Positions 49,923 through 63,503 of a stretch of DNA of 64,000 bases are shown here, piece by piece. The DNA comes from an uncultured delta proteobacterium (GTDB lineage Bacteria > Myxococcota_A > Polyangia > Polyangiales > Polyangiaceae). Location: NCBI GenBank assembly GCA_963850305.1, contig CAWKKR010000007.1:384001-448000 (forward strand). Direction: 5' to 3'. How positions within the stretch are numbered: position 1 is the stretch's first letter; each line of letters starts with the position of its first letter. The position numbers and the translations under genes were made by a program. The notes under the pieces were generated by a model that was given only the letters and a program-made list of their open reading frames with translations, ran no database searches and had not been told where the DNA came from.

Positions 49923-52034
49923 TCACGCCTGGCGCGGACGGACGAGGCACACGACGGCGTGGGCGTCGACCGGCACGTTTTCTCCTGCTGCGACGCGAGC
50001 AGCGCTGTCGGTCGCGAACCCGCCGACGGTGTCGAACACGAGCCGCCACGGCTCGTGGTTCAACGTCTTCGGTACGACGAACTCGATCGGTGACGAGCCG
50101 GCGTTGAAGAGCACGTAGAAGCTGTCGTCGACGATCTGATCGCCCCGTGGATCCGGGCTGTCGATGCCGTCGCCGTTCAGGAAGACACCGAGGGCACGCG
50201 CGAACGTTACCGTCCAGTCCTGGTCCGACATCTCCGTGCCATCGGGCTTGAACCAGCCGATGTCCGTGAGGTTGGAGCCGCGGATCGACCGGCCCTCGAA
50301 CCACCGTCGCCGGCTGAACACCGGGTGCCGCCGCCGGAACGCGACGAGCCTCGTGACGAAGTCCCTGAGGTTGACGTCAATCTGGTCCCAGCGAACCCAG
50401 GAGAGCGGGCTGTCCTGGCAATATGCGTTGTTGTTGCCCCGCTGCGTCCGTCCGAGTTCGTCGCCCGAGAGGATCATCGGCACCCCTTGCGAGAGGAGGA
50501 GCGTCGCGAAGAAGTTCCGCTGGTGTCTTTTCCTCAGCGACAGGATCTGCGGGTCGTTCGTGTCGCCCTCGACGCCGGAGTTCCAGGAGCGATTGTGAGG
50601 CTCGCCGTCGCGGTTGTCTTCCCCGTTCGCTTCGTTGTGCTTTTCCGAGTAGCTCACGAGATCGCGGAGCGTAAAGCCGTCGTGGCACGTGACGAAATTG
50701 ATGCTCGCGTGCGGGCTACGCCGAGCGGATGCGTAGAGGTCCGAGCTTCCCGTGAGCCTGTTCGCGAACTCGCCGAGCGTCCGTTCGGCTCCGCGCCAGA
50801 AGTCGCGCACGGTGTCCCGGTACTGGCCGTTCCACTCCGACCACAGCACCGGGAAGTTGCCGACCTGGTATCCACCTTCGCCGACGTCCCACGGCTCTGC
50901 GATGAGCTTTACCTGGCTGATGATGGGGTCTTGCTGGATCAGATCGAAGAACGCGGACAGCCGATCGACCTCATGAAGCTCGCGCGCGAGCGCCGCGGCG
51001 AGATCGAACCGAAAGCCATCCACGTGCATCTCCTGCACCCAGTATCGGAGCGAATCCATGACGAGCTGGAGCACGTATGGATTTCGCATGTTGAGGCTGT
51101 TGCCCGTGCCCGTGTAGTCGACGTATCGGCTTGGGTCCGCTGCGACGCGGTAGTACGAGGCGTTGTCGAACCCGCGGAAGCACGCGGTCGGGCCGCGATA
51201 GTCGCCTTCGCCCGTGTGGTTGTACACGACGTCGAGAAGCACTTCGATCCCCGCTTGGTGCAGGGTTTTCACCATCTGCTTGAACTCGAGCACCTGTTCG
51301 CCGGCGTCTCCCGAGCTCGAGTATTCGTTGTGCGGCGAGAAATAGCCGATGGAATTGTAGCCCCAATAATTCCTGAGCCCGAGCTTCGCGAGCCGTTCGT
51401 CGTGAATGAAATGGTGCACGGGCATCAGCTCGATCGCCGTGACGCCGAGATCTTTCAACGTGTCGATGACGACCGGGTGCGCGAGCCCGGCGTACGTGCC
51501 GCGGAGGTTCTCCGGCACGCGCGAATGAAGCATGGTCAGCCCCTTCACGTGGGCTTCATAGATCACCGTCTTGTGCCACGGTGTCCGCGGCCGCCGATCG
51601 TCGCCCCACACGAAGTAGGGACTCACCACGATGCTCCGCGGCACGACGGGCGCCGAATCCACGCCGTGCGTCGTCGACTCCTTTCCGGCATCACCCCAGC
51701 GGAACTGTCCGGAGATGGCCTTCGCGTAGGGGTCCAGCAACAGCTTCGACGGGTCGCACCGATGACCAAGCTCGGGCGCGTAGGGTCCTTGTACGCGGAA
51801 GCCGTAGCGACGGCCGGGGCGGCATCCGGGGAGGTACCCGTGCCAGACCTGGCCCGTCACTTCCGGCAGGTTGACGCGCGTCTCAGAGCCGTCCTGTGCG
51901 AACAAGCAGAGCTCCACCCGCTCCGCGACGCCCGAAAAGACGGCGAAGTTCGTCCCCGCCCCATCGAACGTGGCCCCGAGCGGGTAGGGCGAGCCCGGCC
52001 AGAGGTTCGCGGCGGGGGGTACACTGCTCCGCAA
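49923..52034 (-). CDS. glgX: Glycogen debranching enzyme
   Basis: PLGAT, NYWGYN, DVVYNH, DGFRFDLA, AEPWD and HDGFTL motifs. Confidence 0.97.
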   Translation of the reverse strand: MRSSVPPAANLWPGSPYPLGATFDGAGTNFAVFSGVAERVELCLFAQDGSETRVNLPEVTGQVWHGYLPGCRPGRRYGFRVQGPYAPELGHRCDPSKLLLDPYAKAISGQFRWGDAGKESTTHGVDSAPVVPRSIVVSPYFVWGDDRRPRTPWHKTVIYEAHVKGLTMLHSRVPENLRGTYAGLAHPVVIDTLKDLGVTAIELMPVHHFIHDERLAKLGLRNYWGYNSIGYFSPHNEYSSSGDAGEQVLEFKQMVKTLHQAGIEVLLDVVYNHTGEGDYRGPTACFRGFDNASYYRVAADPSRYVDYTGTGNSLNMRNPYVLQLVMDSLRYWVQEMHVDGFRFDLAAALARELHEVDRLSAFFDLIQQDPIISQVKLIAEPWDVGEGGYQVGNFPVLWSEWNGQYRDTVRDFWRGAERTLGEFANRLTGSSDLYASARRSPHASINFVTCHDGFTLRDLVSYSEKHNEANGEDNRDGEPHNRSWNSGVEGDTNDPQILSLRKRHQRNFFATLLLSQGVPMILSGDELGRTQRGNNNAYCQDSPLSWVRWDQIDVNLRDFVTRLVAFRRRHPVFSRRRWFEGRSIRGSNLTDIGWFKPDGTEMSDQDWTVTFARALGVFLNGDGIDSPDPRGDQIVDDSFYVLFNAGSSPIEFVVPKTLNHEPWRLVFDTVGGFATDSAARVAAGENVPVDAHAVVCLVRPRQA

Positions 52035-52079
52035 GGGAATGACTTTAGCCTAGCTTGAGCCGCCCCACCGTCGCAAAGC

Positions 52080-56116
<4,037 letters not shown>

Positions 56117-56248
56117 AGCGCCGCGCCGCGCGGAGTCCAGACGGCCATCCTTGGATTCGAACACCAGGCCGGTGTGGCGGTTCGCACGTTCGCGTCGCGC
56201 TGAAGTTTTTCTAGCAACCCGCCGCTGCGCATTGCCGACCAGGGCGCC

Positions 56249-58228
56249 ATGCGGAAAAAACTCTTGCTGGGATCCTTTCTGGCGCTCGAGGCGCTCTGCT
56301 TGGGCGCGTGTTCGGGGCCGCGCTTCACGTGCGAAGCCACCCACAGCTGCACCGGAGACAACGCGCAACCGGACGCGTCGCCAGGCGGTAGTCCTGACGG
56401 CGCGTCCGCCACGGCGAACGGCACCGGAGGAGGGAGCAACTCCGAGGGCAACGCCAGTGGCGGAGCCCCCATGGACCGATCGGATGCGGGATCGCGCCTT
56501 TCGAATACCGGCGGCGCTAGACCGAGCGGCGCTGAAACTGGCGGGGCCGCGGACGCATCCACCGGGGGCAACCCGAGCGCCGGCGGAACCGACACCGGGC
56601 CCGACGCGGGATCGGGGATCTCGCAGCCTGGGCTCACCGCGGACTCGGGCACCAAGATCGTGACGCCGCCGCCCCCGGACCCGTGTCTCAAGTGTGCAAG
56701 CATCGCGACCTGCACGCGCAGCGGCGACGCGGCATTATGCACGTGTCCGTCGGGCTACGACGGCAATGGTGAGAGCTGCACCCGCAATTACTGTGAAGCG
56801 CTTTCAGGGCAGGCAGCGCCGTGCTCGGCGCACGCGACGTGCACATCCGGGTCGACGGCCGCCGTCTGTGAGTGCCTCGCCGGCTATGATGGCAATGGCG
56901 TCACGTGCAGCCGGAACTATTGCGAGCCGCTCGCGGGGCAAACCGCAACCTGCGGCGCGAACATGACCTGCGCCTCAGGGACGAGCAGCGCGACCTGTAC
57001 GTGCAAAGCCGGCTTCTCGAGCTGCGATGGCGCGAGCGATCCGTCACCGGGTTGCGAAACCAATATCGAGACCAGCTCGAAAGACTGCGGCAGCTGTGGC
57101 CTGGCATGCGCCGGGAAGTCGACCTGCTCGGGCGGCAAATGCACGCAAGCCGTGACGAAGCTCGCCGGGGGTAGCGTGACGATGTGCGCGATCCTCGCTC
57201 CCGCACCGGGGGCAGGCGGCGGGGTGGTCGACTGCTGGGGCTCGAACGAGTACGGCACGCTGGGGGTGACGAGTACCACTCAGAACAATACGACCCCGAC
57301 GCCCGTCGCGATCGCGCCGCTCGCGCGGGACCTCGCCCTTGGGTATGCCCACACCTGCGCTCTCTCCGCGCTTTCCGACACCGTCTCTTGCTGGGGTGCC
57401 AATGGCGCGGACCAGCTGGGGTCCAGCGGGACCGTGCCCGCAGGAACGGCCGTTCAAGTAGCCGTCACGGGCGCAACCGCTGTAGCCGCCAGCGCCGGCG
57501 GGACCTGCGTGCTCACGCAAACGGGACGCGTCGTGTGCTGGGGAAGTTCTTCGACGATCGGGTCGAACACTACGACGACTCCGAGCCCAACCAGCGTTCC
57601 AGGCATCACGGACGCGAATGCCATCGTCGGTGGATACATCGGCACCTGCGTCATTCGTGCGCTGGACGGGTCGGCGCTGTGCTGGGGAACAGGACCATTC
57701 ACGCAGACTCCCGCTCCCGTCGATGATGCCACCGGAAACCTCGTGACGAACATCGTCTCGATGTCCATCGGATATAATTTCTATTGTCTCGCGAAGAAGG
57801 ACGGCGCCGTGGCATGCGCGGGGGACAACGCGGTGGGGGAGCTAGGGCAAGGCGATGTCGCGGCCCACACGGCGCTCGTCACGGTCCCAGGTTTGAGCGG
57901 CGTCGCACAGGTGGCCTCGGCCCCAACATCGACTTGCGCGAGAACGGCCTCGGGGTTGCTGTATTGCTGGGGGAACTCGTCCTTCGGGCAGCTCGGGTTG
58001 GGCCCGGCCGTCGTCACGCCCCACGCGGACGGCGGCGTTTACGTTGCCACTCCGACGCTCGTCCCTGGCCTTCACGGCGTCGTCGAAGTCGCCGGTGGGT
58101 TCGAGGACACCTGCGTGCGCCTGAACAACGCGCAGCTCGAGTGCTTTGGCGACAACGAAGGCGGCCAGGTCGGCGATGGTACCGAGATCCAGCGGTACAG
58201 CCCCGTGAGCGTCGCGGGACTGCCGTAG
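56249..58228 (+). CDS. Lipoprotein with EGF-like Cys repeats and RCC1/BLIP-II propeller
   Basis: Lipobox LGAC; GYDGNG..C.RNYCE repeats; repeated CWG.N..GQLG. Confidence 0.88.
   Translation: MRKKLLLGSFLALEALCLGACSGPRFTCEATHSCTGDNAQPDASPGGSPDGASATANGTGGGSNSEGNASGGAPMDRSDAGSRLSNTGGARPSGAETGGAADASTGGNPSAGGTDTGPDAGSGISQPGLTADSGTKIVTPPPPDPCLKCASIATCTRSGDAALCTCPSGYDGNGESCTRNYCEALSGQAAPCSAHATCTSGSTAAVCECLAGYDGNGVTCSRNYCEPLAGQTATCGANMTCASGTSSATCTCKAGFSSCDGASDPSPGCETNIETSSKDCGSCGLACAGKSTCSGGKCTQAVTKLAGGSVTMCAILAPAPGAGGGVVDCWGSNEYGTLGVTSTTQNNTTPTPVAIAPLARDLALGYAHTCALSALSDTVSCWGANGADQLGSSGTVPAGTAVQVAVTGATAVAASAGGTCVLTQTGRVVCWGSSSTIGSNTTTTPSPTSVPGITDANAIVGGYIGTCVIRALDGSALCWGTGPFTQTPAPVDDATGNLVTNIVSMSIGYNFYCLAKKDGAVACAGDNAVGELGQGDVAAHTALVTVPGLSGVAQVASAPTSTCARTASGLLYCWGNSSFGQLGLGPAVVTPHADGGVYVATPTLVPGLHGVVEVAGGFEDTCVRLNNAQLECFGDNEGGQVGDGTEIQRYSPVSVAGLP
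56753..56960 (+). repeat. Intragenic tandem EGF-like repeat (129-nt period)
   Basis: GYDGNGESCTRNYCEALSGQ at 56753 and GYDGNGVTCSRNYCEPLAGQ at 56882. Confidence 0.8.
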
Positions 58229-58414
58229 CGTCGCGCTCGATAGCCAAGGGAATACGGGAGGAGCAGGCGCTCGAAGACCGTCGTTGAACGGCCCCGCGGC
58301 TGCTACCATGCGGTCCGGGTCGCCGCGCACTACGGTCCCTACGGTCGCTGGCACCGGGGGCACTGAGTCTGCGGCGGGCCGCGCACCGTCGTCGTGGTTC
58401 GATAGAAAACCCCA

Positions 58415-59572
58415 ATGCGTCCGCTCGAAGGCGTTCGTGTCCTCGACCTCTCCCGGTTGCTTCCCGGGCCATTCGCCACCGTCGTTCTCGCGGACCTCGG
58501 TGCCACCGTCGACAAGGTGGAAGACCCCGAGCTCGGCGACTACATGCGCCACGCGCCACCGCAAGCAGACGGGACCAGCGTTGCGTTCCATGGCTTGAAT
58601 CGCGGCAAGCGGAGCCTCGTCTTGAATTTGAAGAGAGAGCGAGGCGCGCGGACCTTTCGGCGGCTCGCTGCGAGCTACGATGTCGTCGTCGATCAGTTCC
58701 GCCCCGGGGTGATGGACCGGCTCGGGCTCTCACACGCCGCGCTCCTGGTCGAACATCCTCGCCTCATCATCTGCGCGCTAACCGGGTACGGCCAATCGGG
58801 CCCGCTTCGTGATCGCGCGGGCCACGATCTCAACTATCTCGCGCGAGCGGGGATTCTCGGCCTCATGGGTCCCGTGGATCGGCCGCCGCAGTTGCCGTCG
58901 TTCCAGCTTGCGGACATCGGAGGTGGCCTCTGGAGCATCATCGCGATCCTCGCGGCGCTTCGCGAACGCGATCGCACGGGCTGCGGGCGCGTGCTCGATA
59001 TCGCGATGACCGATTCGGTGATCCCGTTCGCGACCGTTGGCCTGGCCCGCCTTCTCGGTGGCGAGATGCCCGCGCGCGGCGCGGAATACCTCACGGGAGG
59101 AGTCGCCGGGTACAATACGTACTTCACCAAGGATGGGGGCGCCGTGGCGCTTGGTGCGCTCGAGCCGAAGTTTCTCGCGCGGTTCTGCGCAGGAGCGGGC
59201 CTGGAGTTCGATCCTCTGGCCATAGTGCCTGGTCCGCACCAGGCCGGGTTGAAGGCTCGGTATGCGGAGGTGTTCGCGACCCGGACGCGCACCGAGTGGG
59301 AAGAGTTCGGCAAGCTTCATGACTGCTGTCTCGAGCCGGTATTGAGGCCGGACGAGCTGCTCGGGGACCCTCAGCTGGCCGCGCGCGGCGTGTTCGCGCA
59401 GACGGAAGCGGGTGGAACGCCCCTCTACGAATATCGAACCCCGGTCACTCCAGGAGACCTGCCGCTGGCGCCGTCGCCGAAGACCGGGGCGGACACCGAT
59501 TCGATACTGAAGGACGCCGGCTTTTCGGCGGCCGACATCGCCGAGCTCCGAGCCGCGGGCGTCGTGGGATAG
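58415..59572 (+). CDS. CaiB/BaiF class III CoA-transferase (AMACR-like)
   Basis: PLEGVRVLDLSRLLPGP, NRGKRS, FRPGVMDRLG and GHDLNY motifs. Confidence 0.94.
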   Translation: MRPLEGVRVLDLSRLLPGPFATVVLADLGATVDKVEDPELGDYMRHAPPQADGTSVAFHGLNRGKRSLVLNLKRERGARTFRRLAASYDVVVDQFRPGVMDRLGLSHAALLVEHPRLIICALTGYGQSGPLRDRAGHDLNYLARAGILGLMGPVDRPPQLPSFQLADIGGGLWSIIAILAALRERDRTGCGRVLDIAMTDSVIPFATVGLARLLGGEMPARGAEYLTGGVAGYNTYFTKDGGAVALGALEPKFLARFCAGAGLEFDPLAIVPGPHQAGLKARYAEVFATRTRTEWEEFGKLHDCCLEPVLRPDELLGDPQLAARGVFAQTEAGGTPLYEYRTPVTPGDLPLAPSPKTGADTDSILKDAGFSAADIAELRAAGVVG

Positions 59573-59593
59573 TCCCTGAATCCTCTGCCCGCG

Positions 59594-60724
59594 TCAGCTC
59601 TTCTCCAGCTCGTCGAGGAAGTCCTGATCCGAGATCAGATGCTTTCGGAGCAGCGACGACAAGAGGGCAGCGAACATCGCTTCCCAGCGGGGTTTCTCCC
59701 CGATGATTTCACTCGCGTCCACGCCGCGCGCGGCGGCACGCAGGGCGGCGACGATGTCGCGCGCCGTCAAGCGATCGCCAGCGCCTGGTAACGACGGCTC
59801 GGTCGGGGGTTCTTCTTTCCTTTTTCCCTTCGCCGGAACATTGATGGTCGTTCCGTCCAGCAGGGTGAGGGCGATCATCTTCCGGCCGAGCTTCGGTGGT
59901 GCCTTCTGGGCGTGGTCGCCGGCGCGCTTTCCCGGCTGAAATTCTGGCTTGCTGTCCTGATCGCCGGTGCTGGAGGGCGCCGATGGGCCCGGGCGCGATC
60001 GCGACGCGTCGGGCGACGAGGGGGGAGTGGATGCACGTGGCGAGGAAATGGGCGGGGTCGATGCTCGCGGTGGGGACGGAGGCGCGAGGGGCGCCACATT
60101 CGCGGGGGCCCGAGGGCCGTCGACCGGCGCCCCGGCGGCCGGCGTTTCGGCGCGCGCCAGCAGAGCCTGGCGCGAGTGCGAGTGGATGCCCGTCGGGACG
60201 TCTTCCTCCTCGGTGTCGTCGAGGGGCGGAAGTGGCGATGGTGCGCGCACCTCGGCCGGGGGCTTCGGTGGTTGTCCCACACCGTAATATGTCCGGATCG
60301 CGTTACGAATGTCCGAGGGCGGGGCGATCATCGCGCGCACGTGCAAGCCCGAACGCTCGCCTACTTCGTTCAACGCCTGCGCGTTCGTGGGATCGTCCAT
60401 GGCTATGTAAAGCGCATCGCCGAGTCCGCGGACGCGCCTGACGTAGATGGGAATGAGGCAATAGCGCTCGACGAGATCGACCGTGACGAGCTTCAGGAGG
60501 TCTCGCGAAAAGTCGATGTGGTGCAGGGACACCCAGGGGACGCTGAGCTGCTGACTCAGTATCTGGGTGACCTGAGTCTCGGACACGAGGCCGGTCTCCA
60601 CCAGCAAGCTGCCGAGTCGCTTTCCGACCCGGCGCTGCTCCACAAGTGCCTCCTCGAGCTGTGCATTGGACACGAGCCCGGCTCGGACCAAAAGCTCGCC
60701 CAGCCGTACGCGCGGGGTCTCCAT
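59594..60724 (-). CDS. Stand-alone MshEN/T2SSE_N domain protein (no ATPase domain)
   Basis: Tandem RLGELLVRAGLV...Q / RLGSLLVETGLV...Q motifs, AMDDPTN, Pro-rich linker, small helical C-terminal domain. Confidence 0.85.
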   Translation of the reverse strand: METPRVRLGELLVRAGLVSNAQLEEALVEQRRVGKRLGSLLVETGLVSETQVTQILSQQLSVPWVSLHHIDFSRDLLKLVTVDLVERYCLIPIYVRRVRGLGDALYIAMDDPTNAQALNEVGERSGLHVRAMIAPPSDIRNAIRTYYGVGQPPKPPAEVRAPSPLPPLDDTEEEDVPTGIHSHSRQALLARAETPAAGAPVDGPRAPANVAPLAPPSPPRASTPPISSPRASTPPSSPDASRSRPGPSAPSSTGDQDSKPEFQPGKRAGDHAQKAPPKLGRKMIALTLLDGTTINVPAKGKRKEEPPTEPSLPGAGDRLTARDIVAALRAAARGVDASEIIGEKPRWEAMFAALLSSLLRKHLISDQDFLDELEKS

Positions 60725-60842
60725 ACGCCCTTTAAGCTACTCCGCCCGCGCTAAACGAGCCAGAATGCTGCGGGATCCGGACTACAAAAGCGGCGATTCT
60801 AGGCCACCCCGCGCCGGGGAAATATGGCATTCTCCGACGGCG

Positions 60843-63503
60843 ATGCGTCCGTGCCCGCAATGTGGGACTGCCTGCGAGACGTCGCATCAATATTGCCCGG
60901 GGTGCGGATTTCCCATAGGAGCCGTCGCTGTAAATAGCGAGGACAAGCTCGTCGGGCGTACGCTCCCCGGCGGGTACCTCGTCCTCGACCTGATCAGCGT
61001 CGGAGGCATGGGCCGCGTCTATCGTGCCGAGCAGCGCGCGCTCGGACGGACCGTTGCGGTCAAGGTCATCCACCCGCATCTCCTCGCCGACGAGAACTCG
61101 ATCGTGCGGTTCATGACCGAGGCTCGTGCCGCGAGTCAGCTGAATCACCCGAACTCCGTGAGTGTCATCGACTTCGGGCGGACCGACGATGGGCAGCCCT
61201 ATCTCGTGATGGAGTTCCTGCGCGGCAAAGATCTCGCTCGAGTCGCCTACGAGCAGGGGCCACTGCCATTCAAGCGTATCGTCGACGTGCTCGGGCAAAC
61301 GCTGATGGCCTTGAGCGAAGCGCATGATCTCGGCATCGTTCATCGGGATCTCAAGCCCGAGAACATCATCCTGGAGCCGCTCCGCAGGGGCGGCGATTTC
61401 GTCAAGGTCGTCGATTTCGGGCTCGCCAAACTGAAGGCGGATTCCGCGACCGCGACGAACGTCACGATGCCCGGGATCGTGTGCGGAACGCCGGACTACA
61501 TGGCTCCCGAGCAAGGCCGTGGCGATCCCATCGATGGTCGCAGCGACCTCTACGCGATCGGGGTCATCCTCTTTCAGCTCCTCACGGGCAGACTTCCGTT
61601 CGAGGCCGACAGCCCCACGCAAGTCGTGATGATGCACATCACCGTTCCGGTACCCGACCCGCGCCAGGTCGTTCCGGAACGCAACATCCCAGAGTCGCTG
61701 GCCCGCATCGTCATGACGGCGATGAGTAAGGACGCAAAGGAGCGATACCAGGATGCGCTGGAGTTCGCGGACGCGCTTCAGACCTCGCTCGACGATTCGC
61801 GTACCGTGAAGTCGAGCAAGCCCGCGACGGCGTCCCTCCGCCCGACGTCGACCGTCGAATGCCGGGTGTGCACGTCCATGGTTCCCAAGACGCGCTTTTG
61901 CTGCGAGTGCGGCGCGCGCCTCCCCGTGAAGAGCGACTCGAGCGTCCCCACCGCGGCACCGACCTTTCCCCTTCCGTTCGTGGGAAGGGAAGAGGACCTG
62001 GCGTGGCTCGGTGATCGTCGCCGGGAAGCGGAAGGCAAGGTCGTCGGAGCGCGACTCGTTGGGGAGCACGGAGTCGGCAAGACGAGGCTGCTCTCCGAGT
62101 TTCTGGAAATCGTGGCCGCAAAGGGTGACGAGGTGGTGCGTGCCGGCCCTGACCCGTACTGGGCCGAGGTAGCTTATTACGCGCTCCGGAAGGCGATCAC
62201 CGGGCTCGCTCGGCTGGACGTGACTTCAGGAGCAAGGCGTAGTTGGGACGGCGCGTCGGCCGCCGCGCGTCGCGGGCTCGAGGAGGTTTACAGCGGTATC
62301 CCGTCGCGTTCGGACGTCAGGATGCCGATCGAGCGGCGCTCGGATCTCGCCGAGGCCCTCCGGTGGGCGATGCAACGCGCCGCGATGCTGACGAAACCCC
62401 AGCGCGTCGTGTTGGCCATCGATGATCTGCAGAGCATCGACGGTTCGAGTCGCCGAGCCTTCGCGGACGTGCTCGGCGAACCGCCCGGCGGCCTCAGCCT
62501 GCTCGTACTCGGGGCACATGCTCCCGGGTTCGACGCGGGTTGGGGCGCCGCCCATGCGGCTCACGTCGTCAGCGGGCTCCCCCCGCCGGTGGTGACGCGC
62601 CTTCTCCAGGCGACGCGCCCGAGCGACCGCATGGGGGCGCTCACGGAGAACGGAATGCGCGGGATCCACCCGCTCTATGTCGAGCAGCTGCTGCGGTTCA
62701 CGCTCGAGGGTGGCTCCGAACCGCCACCCCGTCTCGCCGATCTCATCAGTCACCGCATGGCGACGCTCGAGCCGCGCGCACGTCGTGTGATGCAGGCGCT
62801 CGGCGTACTGGGTGATTCGGTCGAGGCCGAGGGCATCGGTGAGGTGCTCGGGCGCCCCGATGGGATCGAGGAGACCCTCGCGGAGCTCATCGCAGCGGGC
62901 ATGGTGGTCCGGGAAGGCGGTACGCACTCGCTTTCCCACCCGCTCGTTCGCGAGCTCGTGCTCGGTGCCATCCCGGCCGAGGTGCGCCGCGATCTCCACG
63001 CGCGCGCCGTCCGCGTGTACGAGAAGCGAGAAGCCCCCATCGAGGCACGTGCACTTCACGCTTTTTATGCACAGGCGACACTCGAGGCATTACTGCTCCT
63101 CGAACAGGTCGCCGAGCGCGCGCTCGCCCGCGACGACGTGACCGCGGGGGTGGACGCTCTCCGCCGGGCGCTCGAGCTGGCGCGCGCGGATGTTTACCGC
63201 GGCGAGCTCGACGACCCGCTGCGCGCCGTTGCGATCTTCGCGCGCAAGCTCGGGGACGCGCTGATCCGCGGTGGTTCGTTCTCGGATGCCGAGGGGGTAC
63301 TTCGCGAAGCGCTGCATGTCGCCGGGCCGACCGGCGCCGAACGCGCAAACCTGCTTGCGTCGCTCGCGCGTGTGGCACACGGCCGCGAACGTTCGGACGA
63401 AGCCTTCGGATTCATCGACGAGGCGATTGAGGTCGCGCGCCGTTCCGGGTCGCACGAACTGCTTTCGTCCCTGACGAACACGCGACGCGCCTGGGTTTCG
63501 TGA
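60843..63503 (+). CDS. Zinc-ribbon Ser/Thr kinase with P-loop (STAND/AAA-like) and helical-repeat domains
   Basis: CPQC/CPGC, HRDLKPEN, DFG, second CRVC/CCEC, FVGRE, GEHGVGKT and LAIDD. Confidence 0.92.
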   Translation: MRPCPQCGTACETSHQYCPGCGFPIGAVAVNSEDKLVGRTLPGGYLVLDLISVGGMGRVYRAEQRALGRTVAVKVIHPHLLADENSIVRFMTEARAASQLNHPNSVSVIDFGRTDDGQPYLVMEFLRGKDLARVAYEQGPLPFKRIVDVLGQTLMALSEAHDLGIVHRDLKPENIILEPLRRGGDFVKVVDFGLAKLKADSATATNVTMPGIVCGTPDYMAPEQGRGDPIDGRSDLYAIGVILFQLLTGRLPFEADSPTQVVMMHITVPVPDPRQVVPERNIPESLARIVMTAMSKDAKERYQDALEFADALQTSLDDSRTVKSSKPATASLRPTSTVECRVCTSMVPKTRFCCECGARLPVKSDSSVPTAAPTFPLPFVGREEDLAWLGDRRREAEGKVVGARLVGEHGVGKTRLLSEFLEIVAAKGDEVVRAGPDPYWAEVAYYALRKAITGLARLDVTSGARRSWDGASAAARRGLEEVYSGIPSRSDVRMPIERRSDLAEALRWAMQRAAMLTKPQRVVLAIDDLQSIDGSSRRAFADVLGEPPGGLSLLVLGAHAPGFDAGWGAAHAAHVVSGLPPPVVTRLLQATRPSDRMGALTENGMRGIHPLYVEQLLRFTLEGGSEPPPRLADLISHRMATLEPRARRVMQALGVLGDSVEAEGIGEVLGRPDGIEETLAELIAAGMVVREGGTHSLSHPLVRELVLGAIPAEVRRDLHARAVRVYEKREAPIEARALHAFYAQATLEALLLLEQVAERALARDDVTAGVDALRRALELARADVYRGELDDPLRAVAIFARKLGDALIRGGSFSDAEGVLREALHVAGPTGAERANLLASLARVAHGRERSDEAFGFIDEAIEVARRSGSHELLSSLTNTRRAWVS

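Noticed and set aside
50325..52058. Long antisense or alternate-frame ORFs (e.g. 50325..52058, 499..1812, 10717..12201, 60732..62069)
   Set aside because: These are shadow ORFs of high-GC genes with no recognisable motifs, and they overlap well-supported CDS.
58386..58399. 14-nt CCGTCGTCGTGGTT matching the reverse complement of 39513-39526, with weak flanking similarity
   Set aside because: A 14-mer match is plausible by chance in 64 kb of GC-rich DNA, and the 39.5-kb helices are not reproduced here.
58229..58414. Several 7-8 nt direct repeats in the intergenic region
   Set aside because: They are short, irregularly spaced and form no array or coherent fold.
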